From Nitrospinales bacterium (GTDB taxonomy: Bacteria; Nitrospinota; Nitrospinia; Nitrospinales; VA-1): DNA of 64,000 nt. The notes beneath the pieces are model-generated. The model did no database searches, was not told where the DNA came from, and worked only from the letters and a program-made list of their open reading frames with translations. The DNA lies in contig CBDCXL010000002.1 of NCBI GenBank assembly GCA_965223795.1, forward strand, positions 768,001-832,000, in the 5' to 3' direction. A program made the translations under genes and the position numbers. Positions 50,873 through 60,105 of the stretch are shown here, piece after piece (within the stretch, counting starts at the first letter, position 1; each line of letters opens with the position of its first letter).

Positions 50873-53203
50873 TTAGGTAATATGAACTTTATAGCCTTCA
50901 AAGTCAGTTGCGATCTTAAAAAGACACTTTTCGAATATTTGAATCTCTACTTTCCGCATTAAATATTCTCTTTGTACTTCCTCATTTCCCATTTCTTGTA
51001 ACCATTCAGGAGGGCTTTCAAGAATTTGACTCATCAGCTCATCATTCTCTGAAAAAGATTGGACATCAATAAAGAAAATGTCTTTTTTTAGATTCACGTT
51101 CTCATCTTCTTGCAATGGTGAGTATTGAGTAAGTGTTCCTAATTTCCTTGAATTTATTAAAAGAAAATGGTCGTCTAGCAACTCATGTAAAAAATGAAAA
51201 ACTGGAATATATATTTTTTTATGTTTAAACCACCCAACAAACCCTCTAATATCCAAAGATTTATCTTCATCTGTTCTACGAGCAACAAAAGCACTTGAAT
51301 ATTCAGAAATTCTCAACAGATAACTTCTCCGCGCGATAATAAAATATTGCGATAAATCCTGACCACCCTGCAACATCGACTCGAACTTACTTGCTCCAAC
51401 AAGAGAACATTTTGAAATAATCTTATTTATAAAAAATATATTTTCGCTAGAGGCTAGCCCCCGACCATATTCCTCTCCCATTTTTTCATAGCGGACAAAC
51501 CATTCATCAAAAAACGCAGATTTATCATATACATTCTTATACCCCCAAGTTTCCAAATCACCAGTGACCACTTCATTGGTTTTATCAACATACTTGTTAT
51601 AGTATTTAAAAATACTCCTCAACAAAGCAAAATCATTAAATGATTGGACTACTTCATTTTTAAACTCAACTATTTTTTTATAACTTATATTTTGATCACG
51701 CTCTATTTTCTCAATTCTTTCTTCTGCGTTCTCTTTCAGCCCAATAAAAAATGGAACCACTTTAACCTCAAATATATTTTCACCATCACCCTCGATCAAT
51801 CCCAATATACTCAAATCATCAATTTCTTCTTTTAGTTTATTTGACACTTCTATTAAATTTTCAATAGAGTAGATCAAATCACTTAATACTGGCACAGTTA
51901 AATCTGGCAACAATTGCGAATAATTAAAATCATAATCCCCTTTTTTATTTTTAGGTATCCCTCTCAGAGATCGCGCCAATAGTAGACAAAAATATTTTTT
52001 AAAAACTTCCCTACTATCAATATGACCCTCCCAAAATGCAAACTTTCTTTCGAATAGATCTTTTTTTAAATATAGACTTAATACTTCTTCAGTTTTATTT
52101 GGAGAAATATCATGCCCCACCCAAACTACTTTTGAACCCGGGGGTTGCTTATATTCCCAAAGATATTTTAAGTAAGAAGGTTTCTTCTTAAACCAGCAAA
52201 ATGCACCAATAGAAAAAACAATAAACAAAAGATTATTATATTTAAAATTTGTGGTCACAAAATAAATTATATCCCTCTCTATCTGCCCTATCTCTTTCTT
52301 TTCATCTTCATTTAAATGTGACTCGATGATTTTTTTTAGTTCATAAAATTTATCAAGCCATATTTCTAATTTTTCTTTTGTATCCAATTCACCTTCAGAA
52401 TCATCAAGAGACTTAGTAATCTTCCCTATTTCAAACTCGATATTTAATTGCTGATATTTTTCATAGTTAATGTCTAACAGATAATTCCCATAATCCCAAA
52501 TTTTCCCCTTGTGATATTCAGGAATATGAACTCCGTCGATCAAATATTGCACGAGGGACTCAAAAATAGAGGTATGGCTCTGTGATATGATGTTTTTTAC
52601 TGCCGAAAAGAAATGCCTATCCAAAAGATCCAGATATGCAAGGTTGAAACCTTCCGACTCATCATAATACCTATTAAAAACAATATTTACGTACCAATTG
52701 ATTGTGGCCGAATACATTGAAACATCATTTTTTTCTATGGCTCTTAATGATATTTGTTCAAGGCTAAAAAGAAGTTGCCTAGCTAATAGTTCATTCAATT
52801 CACTTTTGGAAATCTTACAAACTTCATCTAGAATGTTAATTATCTTTATAGTAGCAAATCTACTTACTTCATCGTTGTTTGACTCAATAGCAGCATCATG
52901 GATTCTTAAAATTTGATTAATTGGAGTCGAAAAAGAAATTAAATATTTTCCAGGATTAAACAATAATCTCTGTTTTGCTTCTTCTTCATCTTCTTTTTCT
53001 ACTTCAAAATATTCCTGGGATAAGAGCAAACGCTCAAATTTTTTTGGGTCATTTCTTTGTATTGCAAAAAGATTTTTTATTATTGCCTCCATCCTTTCAA
53101 GTCCGTTGAATACTACCTCACTCTTATTCCTACGTTTTGTCTCAAATACACATATATCTCCCACCCCTTCAAGAGATCTAATAAATTTCTCCTGTTTGGA
53201 CAT
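50873..53203 (-). CDS. Large hypothetical protein: helical N-terminal region plus putative HK97/encapsulin-like C-terminal domain
   Basis: Long uninterrupted ORF in AT-rich DNA; ATG (MSKQEKF) 7 nt after the upstream stop. Fold call is by manual motif alignment only. Confidence 0.8.
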   Translation of the reverse strand: MSKQEKFIRSLEGVGDICVFETKRRNKSEVVFNGLERMEAIIKNLFAIQRNDPKKFERLLLSQEYFEVEKEDEEEAKQRLLFNPGKYLISFSTPINQILRIHDAAIESNNDEVSRFATIKIINILDEVCKISKSELNELLARQLLFSLEQISLRAIEKNDVSMYSATINWYVNIVFNRYYDESEGFNLAYLDLLDRHFFSAVKNIISQSHTSIFESLVQYLIDGVHIPEYHKGKIWDYGNYLLDINYEKYQQLNIEFEIGKITKSLDDSEGELDTKEKLEIWLDKFYELKKIIESHLNEDEKKEIGQIERDIIYFVTTNFKYNNLLFIVFSIGAFCWFKKKPSYLKYLWEYKQPPGSKVVWVGHDISPNKTEEVLSLYLKKDLFERKFAFWEGHIDSREVFKKYFCLLLARSLRGIPKNKKGDYDFNYSQLLPDLTVPVLSDLIYSIENLIEVSNKLKEEIDDLSILGLIEGDGENIFEVKVVPFFIGLKENAEERIEKIERDQNISYKKIVEFKNEVVQSFNDFALLRSIFKYYNKYVDKTNEVVTGDLETWGYKNVYDKSAFFDEWFVRYEKMGEEYGRGLASSENIFFINKIISKCSLVGASKFESMLQGGQDLSQYFIIARRSYLLRISEYSSAFVARRTDEDKSLDIRGFVGWFKHKKIYIPVFHFLHELLDDHFLLINSRKLGTLTQYSPLQEDENVNLKKDIFFIDVQSFSENDELMSQILESPPEWLQEMGNEEVQREYLMRKVEIQIFEKCLFKIATDFEGYKVHIT

Positions 53204-53210
53204 CAAACTC

Positions 53211-53714
53211 TTACTGTTCTGCAAATTCCTCTGCTTCATCCAGCAACTCTTCAAGAACAAAATGAGGATTAATCACATACTGCTTCAATCTATTTACAAA
53301 ACGCCATAGTACAAAAATCCCACCAAGGAACCACAGAAAAACAATCCAATTAATAGCACTTGAAATATTTTGGCTCATAGTATCTTTCAAAACAAATTTT
53401 ACCGAAATTGAAAAAACAATGTTTGATATCAAAACCCAGGGTAGTATTTTTATTTCCCAATATTGTGAAAAATGATTCGCAATTACTTCCGATTGGTATC
53501 GTTCCGAAATTCTGGACACAATATCAAAACTTAGAGGAATGGCTATGGCAATGACTACTGCCTCAAATGCAATAATGTCGGAAAATGCAGTCATGGAAGG
53601 GTTAGTTTTTATATATTCTGAAATATAAGTAATAAACATTTCTATCCATCCCGCAAACAACTCACCCCCAAAGGCTTTAAACCCTTGAAAATATTCAATT
53701 AAACAATCAAACAT
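53211..53714 (-). CDS. Hypothetical membrane protein (about 3 TM), partner of the large ORF
   Basis: Hydrophobic helices (AVVIAIAIPLSF; LPWVLISNIVFSI; WIVFLWFLGGIFVLW); same strand and composition as the downstream ORF. Confidence 0.8.
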   Translation of the reverse strand: MFDCLIEYFQGFKAFGGELFAGWIEMFITYISEYIKTNPSMTAFSDIIAFEAVVIAIAIPLSFDIVSRISERYQSEVIANHFSQYWEIKILPWVLISNIVFSISVKFVLKDTMSQNISSAINWIVFLWFLGGIFVLWRFVNRLKQYVINPHFVLEELLDEAEEFAEQ

Positions 53715-53819
53715 AGGTTTTCATCTTTTAATTATTTCTACTATTAATACTTTCGGTCAGTCGGAATGATTTCAAGAGAATTCTCTACAAAAATATCTAT
53801 TTATTAGATTTAACAATAA

Positions 53820-54167
53820 TCAAAGAATCTCCAACACCTGTTCGGGCGGGCGGCCGAGGGCGGCTTTGTTGTTGGCGAGGACGATGGGCCTCTCGATGAG
53901 GATGGGATTGTCGATCATGGCCTGGATGAGCGCGTCGTCGGTCAACGCGGGATCGTTGAGGTTGTTTTCTTTGTAGGCGGTCTCCTTTTTGCGCATCAGC
54001 TCGCGCGGCTTGATATTGAGCTTGGTGAGGATGTCTTTGAGCGTTGCCGCTGTCGGCGGGGTTTTCAGGTATTCGACGATGTCCGGCTCGACGCCGTTTT
54101 GCTTGAGCAGGTCCAGGGTCTGGCGCGATTTGGAGCATTTGGGATTGTGGTACACGGTGACGGTCAT
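53820..54167 (-). CDS. arsC: Arsenate reductase (glutaredoxin-dependent) ArsC family
   Basis: YHNPKCSKSR, NPILIERPIV, GRPPE motifs. Confidence 0.88.
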   Translation of the reverse strand: MTVTVYHNPKCSKSRQTLDLLKQNGVEPDIVEYLKTPPTAATLKDILTKLNIKPRELMRKKETAYKENNLNDPALTDDALIQAMIDNPILIERPIVLANNKAALGRPPEQVLEIL

Positions 54168-54241
54168 AAAAATTCGTTCTCCGTTATTGAGATTGCTCTT
54201 TACTAAAAAGTGCCGCTCTGTTCAACGCATCTTGGTTTCCC

Positions 54242-57200
54242 TCACTCCGCCGGGGAGCCGGAAGGGGAACGCAGTTCGGGCGGGTCCTTGTCGAGGGATT
54301 CCTTGACGAGGTCTGCTTTGGTGGTGTGGATGCCCGCATCCATCATCAGGGACATGAGCACCGGCACGAGGAACAGGGTGAAGACGGCGGAGACGGACAG
54401 CCCGCCGATGAGCGCCGTGCCCATGCCGCGGTACAGCTCGGTGCCCGCGCCTTCGCCGAAGGCCAGCGGGAACATGCCGAACACGCTGGAGATGACGGTC
54501 ATCATGATGGGCCTGAGCCGCGTCTCGCAGGATTTTTCCAGCGCCTCGCGTTCGTCCATGCCGCTTTTGATGTTGTTGAGCATCTGGTGGACGATGAGGA
54601 TGGCGTTGTTGACCACGATGCCCGCCAGGATGATGATGCCGAGCTGGGTCAGGATGTCGAAGGTGATCCAGTTCCAGCCCGCCGCCATTTTCTCGGCGTT
54701 GGGCACCTCCCATTCGTTCAGAATCCCCTCGATGAAAAAACGCTGCAGCGCGTTGTTGCCGACGATGCCCAAAAATGCGCCGGAGACGGCGAAGGTCACG
54801 GTCAGCATGACGATGAAGGGGCGCACGAACGAAGCGAACAACGCGACCAGCAGCAGGTAGATGAAACCGATGGCGTACCAGAAACTGTTCATCAGGGATT
54901 TCTGCGTCGAGGCCAGTTCGTCGGCGGAACCGCCCACGCGCAGGCCGAACTCCTGACTCATCGTGAGCCGCTGAGGCGCCAGGGCTTCTTCTTCGACGGC
55001 GTTGATGACCTGCTGCATGGGGATGTCTTTTTTCACCTGCACCAGCAGATTGATGGCGCGCTCTTTTTCGATGTGGTCGATGCGCGCGGGTCCGGCGTCG
55101 ATCTCGATGTCGGCCAGGTGGCCGAGGTGGGTCATGCGGTCGTCGCCGGTCCAGATCGGCAGGCTGCGGTAGTCCTGCAGGCCCAGCTTCCTGGTGTCTT
55201 TCTTCTGCACCAGCACGAAATCGATCGGCTCGCCGCGGTCGTTGTACTCACCCAGATATTTGCCGGCGTTCAGCGCTTCGACGATGTCGCCGATCTCCTG
55301 CATGCCCATGTCGAGGCGGGCGGCCTGTTCGCGCCGCGGCAAAAACCGAAGCTCGGGGTTGCCGAACTTGAATTCCGGGCGCACGGAATGCACGCCGTCA
55401 ACCTGCGAGATAGTGCCGACCAGCGACTGGGCGATGTCCTTGAGCCGGAACATGTCGGGGCCGGTGATCTCGACCTGAAAGGTCTTGTCCGCCGAGCGGA
55501 AGATGGGCCGCTGGTTGGCGAAGGCGAATCGGTAGCCGGGGATCTTGAAAATCTCCCGTCCCATCTCGTTTGATTTCACGGCCATCTTGACCTCGCCGCG
55601 CTGGCCGTGCGCCAGGTCTTTCTGGATGATGGCGCCGCCGCCGTTGAAGCGCCCGGAAAACACCAGGAAGTTGCGGTCGACGTCCTCCATGTTGACGATT
55701 TTCTTCTCGTAGGGCGCAAAGTATTCCATGTTCTTGTCGGCGGGCACGCCCGCGACCGGTTCGATGAACATGAACACCATGTTGGTGTTGCCGTACGGCA
55801 GGTAATCGGGCGCGGGCAGAATGACGGTGCTCCACCACAGGATGAACGACACGCCCGCGACGATGCACACTTTGACGATCACAGCAAACGGGGAGCGGCT
55901 GAGCACGCGGTGCATGAAACGGGTGTAGCCTTTTTTCAGGCTTTCGCCGAGCTTAATAGCGGGCCGCATGAGTGTCTGGTGCAGGATGCCCGCGCGGTAT
56001 TCCTCGCCGGGCTTGAGCCGGATGAGCAGGGTGGTCAGCGTCGGGATCACGGTGATGGACACGAGCAGCGACATGGCGATGCTGGCGCTGATGGTGATGG
56101 CGATGTCCTCGAACATCTGCCCGGCTTCTTCCTCGACGAACATGATGGGCACGAACACCGCCAGCGTGGTGAGCGTGGCGGCCATCACCGCGCCCCAGAC
56201 TTCCGAAGCGCCGTCGTAGGCGGCTTTCATCACGCCTTTCTTCATGGTGAGGTGGCGGTAGATGTTTTCCAGCACCACGATGGAGTTGTCCACCACCATG
56301 CCCACGGCGAAGGCCATGCCCGCAAGCGAGATGATGTTGATGCTGCGGCCGAGCAGCTTGAGAATGATGAAAACGGAAACCAGGCTCACGGGGATGCTGA
56401 TGGCCACGATCAGCACCGAGCGGAACGATCCGAGAAACACCAGCAGCACCAGAACCGCGAGCACCGCCCCGAGGCCGAGGTTGGATTTGACGAGCCGCAT
56501 GGCCTCGTCGATGTAGTCCACGTCTTTGTAGACGATCTTGAGGCTCAGCGGAATGCCGCGGTTCAGCAGTTCCTCGTTGAGTTCTTTCACCGCCTCGGCG
56601 GTCAGGTTGCAGGTCTCCACCACGTTGGCGCCGGGCTTGCGGATGATGCCGAAGGCGTTGGACAGCTTGCCGCTGATGCGCACCAGCGATGAGGTGCGCT
56701 GGTAGCCGTCCACCACGGTGGCGAAGTCCTTGACGCGGATGGTGCGGTCGCCGTCGCGCTTGATGACGGTGTTCTCGATCTCCTCGGCGCTGGTGAACTC
56801 ACCCAGCGTGCGCACGGTGTATTCGCGGTTTTCCTCTTCATGAAATCCCGCGCGCGTGTTCTGGTTCTCCACCGACAGCCTGCGGATCACATCCTCATAG
56901 GTGAGGTGCAGCCGCGCCATGCTGTACGGATCGAATTCGACGCGCATCTCCCGTTCCTCGCCGCCGAAGTGCCACGCGTCCGCCACGCCCGTCACCCGCA
57001 GCAGTTTGGGGATGACGATGTCCTCGCCGATCTTGTACATGTAGTTCTGGTTGAGATCGGGCATCCGCGGATTGGGCTTGCTGAACACGATCCACATGAT
57101 CGGGCTGGAATTGTCGGTGGACACGGACTTCATCGTCGGCTTGTCGGCCAGAACGGGAAGGTCCTTCACCTGCTGCAGCTTGTTGTTCACATCGATGGCG

Positions 57201-57511
57201 GCGATGTTCTTGTCGACACCCCAGTCGAATTCCAGCGTGATGATGCTCTGGCCGTGCTGGCTGCGCGAGGTCATCTTCTTGAGGCCCTCGACGGACTCCA
57301 GCTGCTCTTCCAGGCGGCGGGTGATGTTGCGCTCCACCTCGTTGGGGGACAGTCCGCGGTACTCGGTTTTCACCTCGATGATGGGCTTGTCCACGGTGGG
57401 CGTGAGCTGGCGCGGCAGCACCTTGAAGCAGAGCATGCCCACCGACGCCATCAGGACGATGAGCACCGTCACGGTGTGGTAGTTGCGGATGGACTGATCG
57501 ATCAGCTTCAT
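54242..57511 (-). CDS. RND efflux permease (AcrB/AcrD/AcrF family)
   Basis: GMVVDNSIVVLENI, GIVVNNAIL, RLRPIMMT motifs; 1089 aa. Confidence 0.96.
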   Translation of the reverse strand: MKLIDQSIRNYHTVTVLIVLMASVGMLCFKVLPRQLTPTVDKPIIEVKTEYRGLSPNEVERNITRRLEEQLESVEGLKKMTSRSQHGQSIITLEFDWGVDKNIAAIDVNNKLQQVKDLPVLADKPTMKSVSTDNSSPIMWIVFSKPNPRMPDLNQNYMYKIGEDIVIPKLLRVTGVADAWHFGGEEREMRVEFDPYSMARLHLTYEDVIRRLSVENQNTRAGFHEEENREYTVRTLGEFTSAEEIENTVIKRDGDRTIRVKDFATVVDGYQRTSSLVRISGKLSNAFGIIRKPGANVVETCNLTAEAVKELNEELLNRGIPLSLKIVYKDVDYIDEAMRLVKSNLGLGAVLAVLVLLVFLGSFRSVLIVAISIPVSLVSVFIILKLLGRSINIISLAGMAFAVGMVVDNSIVVLENIYRHLTMKKGVMKAAYDGASEVWGAVMAATLTTLAVFVPIMFVEEEAGQMFEDIAITISASIAMSLLVSITVIPTLTTLLIRLKPGEEYRAGILHQTLMRPAIKLGESLKKGYTRFMHRVLSRSPFAVIVKVCIVAGVSFILWWSTVILPAPDYLPYGNTNMVFMFIEPVAGVPADKNMEYFAPYEKKIVNMEDVDRNFLVFSGRFNGGGAIIQKDLAHGQRGEVKMAVKSNEMGREIFKIPGYRFAFANQRPIFRSADKTFQVEITGPDMFRLKDIAQSLVGTISQVDGVHSVRPEFKFGNPELRFLPRREQAARLDMGMQEIGDIVEALNAGKYLGEYNDRGEPIDFVLVQKKDTRKLGLQDYRSLPIWTGDDRMTHLGHLADIEIDAGPARIDHIEKERAINLLVQVKKDIPMQQVINAVEEEALAPQRLTMSQEFGLRVGGSADELASTQKSLMNSFWYAIGFIYLLLVALFASFVRPFIVMLTVTFAVSGAFLGIVGNNALQRFFIEGILNEWEVPNAEKMAAGWNWITFDILTQLGIIILAGIVVNNAILIVHQMLNNIKSGMDEREALEKSCETRLRPIMMTVISSVFGMFPLAFGEGAGTELYRGMGTALIGGLSVSAVFTLFLVPVLMSLMMDAGIHTTKADLVKESLDKDPPELRSPSGSPAE

Positions 57512-58875
57512 CAGGTCTCAGGCGATTTCACCTGTTCCTTGCCGGTATCCGGTTCTTTCGACGCGGCGTTGAACGGGGTCTGGGTTTCCGGTTCCGGATT
57601 GGTGGCGAACACTTTGGCGCCGGGGAACACCGCACCCGAGCCGCGCAACACCAGATCCACGTCCGGACCGAGCTGGTGGGTGAAGTCCTCGATTTCCACG
57701 TATTCGTTGCGCTCCTTGAAGGCTTTCACGGGAACCAGGTGCGCCCGCTGATCCTTGACGATGTACACCACGGTGCCCTGCTCGGTAATCACCAGGGACA
57801 CGGAGGGCACGTGCAGCACGTTCTTGCGCGTGCCGAAGCGCAGCAGCGCCTCCAGGTTCAGGCCGGGAAACAGCGAGGGATCGGGGTCCGGCAGGTCGAC
57901 CTGCACCTTGATGTTGCCCGAATAAATATTGGCGTCGGGGATCACCCGCACCTGTCTGGCGAGCTCGCTGCCGTGCTGGAAGCGCAGCCCGAGATCGCGC
58001 ACCAGAAAATCCGCGCCCTGCAGATTTTCCAGCTTGCCGCGGTAGCTCTGCGGCATCTCCAGCACCACTTTCAGGCGCGAAGAGCCGATCATCTCGACGA
58101 TGGGGGTTCCCGCCGGAGCGTAGGCGCCGCGCTCGATTTTCTTGGCGATGATCACGCCGGAAAACGGCGCACGGATGGAACCTTTGTTGAGATCCAGCCT
58201 GGCGACGGCGATCTTTTTCTTGATCCCCTCGACTTCCGCCTTTTTCAGATCGATGTCTTCGTCGCGCGATTTCATACCGGCGGCGAGCGCCGCTTTACTG
58301 GCCCTGAGCGCATCGGCGGCGCGCCGCACCTTATCGATCGCCTGGTCCAGCTCCGACTGCGAGATGAAGCCCTGGGCGATCAGCTTCTCCACGCGCACTT
58401 TTTCCTTGTTCGCAAGGTCGAGCGCGCTGGCGTCGGCGCTCACCTGGGCTTCGAGCTTTTCTTTGTCTTCGGGACGCAGTCCCTGCAAGGCTTTCTGGTA
58501 TTCTTTTTCCGCGGCCGCGAGTTCGGTCTGCAGGCGCTCTTTCTCAAGGCGGTACTCGCGCGGATCGACCTGTGCCAGCAGAGCGCCGCGTTTCACCTTC
58601 TGCCCTTCGTCCACGGAAATTTTCGTGATCTGCCCGGCGACCTCGGTGGTGATCATGACGCGTTGCTCGGCCTGCAGGTTGCCGACGGTGCGCACCTGAT
58701 CGATGACGTCCATGTAGACGACCTTGCCGATCTGAACGGGAAGGGAAAACTCGCGTTTTTTGTTTTCGGTTTCGGCGGCCGGCCCGCCGCAGGCGCTGAG
58801 GGCAAGCACGAATCCCCAAAATAACAAAACATTTGGCCAGACCTTCCGGCCGTATCCCCATTTGATATAATTCAC
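57511..58875 (-). CDS. RND periplasmic adaptor (membrane fusion protein), lipoprotein
   Basis: LSAC lipobox, biotinyl-lipoyl-like VDEGQKVKRG, long coiled coil, IRAPFSG. Start uncertain. Confidence 0.92.
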   Translation of the reverse strand: MNYIKWGYGRKVWPNVLLFWGFVLALSACGGPAAETENKKREFSLPVQIGKVVYMDVIDQVRTVGNLQAEQRVMITTEVAGQITKISVDEGQKVKRGALLAQVDPREYRLEKERLQTELAAAEKEYQKALQGLRPEDKEKLEAQVSADASALDLANKEKVRVEKLIAQGFISQSELDQAIDKVRRAADALRASKAALAAGMKSRDEDIDLKKAEVEGIKKKIAVARLDLNKGSIRAPFSGVIIAKKIERGAYAPAGTPIVEMIGSSRLKVVLEMPQSYRGKLENLQGADFLVRDLGLRFQHGSELARQVRVIPDANIYSGNIKVQVDLPDPDPSLFPGLNLEALLRFGTRKNVLHVPSVSLVITEQGTVVYIVKDQRAHLVPVKAFKERNEYVEIEDFTHQLGPDVDLVLRGSGAVFPGAKVFATNPEPETQTPFNAASKEPDTGKEQVKSPET

Positions 58876-58945
58876 AAAAGCCTTTTATTTTTATAGATAA
58901 TATTGCATCCATTATCCTACATAAACCCTTCAATTACAAGATTTC

Positions 58946-59878
58946 ATGAACTTATCTTCTCCTCCCCGGTTCCCGCTTGAGGATTTCGACTACCGGCTGC
59001 TGGACAGCGGCCAGTTTAAAAAGCTCGAACGGTTCGGACCGCATGTGTTCATCCGGCCGGCGCCGCAGGCGATCTGGCCGCAATCGCGGCCCGCGAGCGA
59101 CTGGCAACAGGCGGAAGCCGAGTACCGTTATTTCAAGGGCAAGGAATCGGGCGGCGAGTGGAACTTTTATTCCGCGCTTCCGGAAGCGGGCTGGAAACTG
59201 AACTTCAAGGACCTGACGTTCAAGGTCCGGCCCACCGGGTTCGGCCATATCGGCCTGTTTCCGGAGCAGGCGCTCAACTGGCTCTGGCTGATGGATCTGA
59301 TCCGCCGGTCGGACCGTGACGCAGTGCAGGTGCTCAACGTGTTCGGCTACACAGGCGCCAGCACGCTGGCCGCGGCGGCGGCGGGCGCGCACGTCACGCA
59401 TGTGGACGCGTCCAAGGCCTCGGTCACCTGGGCGCGGGAAAACCAGGTGCTTTCCGGTCTCGCCGACAAGCCGGTGCGCTGGATCGTGGACGACGTGCCG
59501 AAATTTCTCAACCGTGAATTCAAACGCGGACGGCGCTACGACGGCATCATCATGGACCCGCCGACGTTCGGCCGCGGGCCGAAGGGAGAAGTCTGGAAAA
59601 TCGAAACCCGGCTGGCGGAACTGATGCAGCAGATTCAGAAGATCCTGAGCGAGGGACCGCTTTTCATTTTATTGACCACGCACTCGCCCGGCTTTTCCGG
59701 CCTGACGCTGAAAAACATGGTGTTGAAGTACCTGGTGCCGCCGGAGCGCGGCACGTTCGAAACGCAGGAGATGTACATCCTCGACACGGGCTCGGGCCTG
59801 CACCTGCCCAACGGCTTTTATTCGCGCTGGTGCAACGGCGTGTCGTTGCCCTCGGAACCGCCCACATCCGCCGCCTGA
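58946..59878 (+). CDS. Class I SAM-dependent methyltransferase (RlmI/RlmK-like)
   Basis: DYRLLDSG..KLERFG, GLFPEQ, VLNVFGYTG, DPPTFGRG. Confidence 0.88.
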   Translation: MNLSSPPRFPLEDFDYRLLDSGQFKKLERFGPHVFIRPAPQAIWPQSRPASDWQQAEAEYRYFKGKESGGEWNFYSALPEAGWKLNFKDLTFKVRPTGFGHIGLFPEQALNWLWLMDLIRRSDRDAVQVLNVFGYTGASTLAAAAAGAHVTHVDASKASVTWARENQVLSGLADKPVRWIVDDVPKFLNREFKRGRRYDGIIMDPPTFGRGPKGEVWKIETRLAELMQQIQKILSEGPLFILLTTHSPGFSGLTLKNMVLKYLVPPERGTFETQEMYILDTGSGLHLPNGFYSRWCNGVSLPSEPPTSAA

Positions 59879-59987
59879 GCATGCGAGGGTCTCCTGCAAT
59901 TCTTATGTGCCGGGACTCCCTGCTTGCAGTTATAATCGGGCGGACAACCTTTCTTTTAAAATTAGATTTTTGCATGCGTTTCGTTTT

Positions 59988-60047
59988 TGTCATGCTGAGC
60001 TTGTCGAAGCATGAATCAGGGCACCCTTCGACAGGCTCAGGGTGACA
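59988..60047. repeat. REP-like palindromic element
   Basis: tgtcatgctgagcttgtcgaag ... cttcgacaggctcagggtgaca, 22-bp imperfect inverted repeat (19/22). Confidence 0.75.
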
Positions 60048-60105
60048 CACGCACTCAATTTCTTAAACGTTCGGCTTATGCAAAAATCTTTACAACGAGG
60101 CATTC

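Larger units (their letters stand above)
50790..53815. other. AT-rich horizontally acquired islet
   Basis: Abrupt visible drop in GC relative to the flanks; boundaries approximate; no integrase or transposase. Confidence 0.85.

Noticed and set aside
50873..53714. Prophage capsid gene
   Set aside because: No portal, terminase, protease or integrase nearby, and the capsid-like part is only the C-terminal third of the protein.
53820..54167. Arsenic-resistance operon
   Set aside because: No arsR, arsB or acr3 nearby; lone ArsC-family genes often have other roles.
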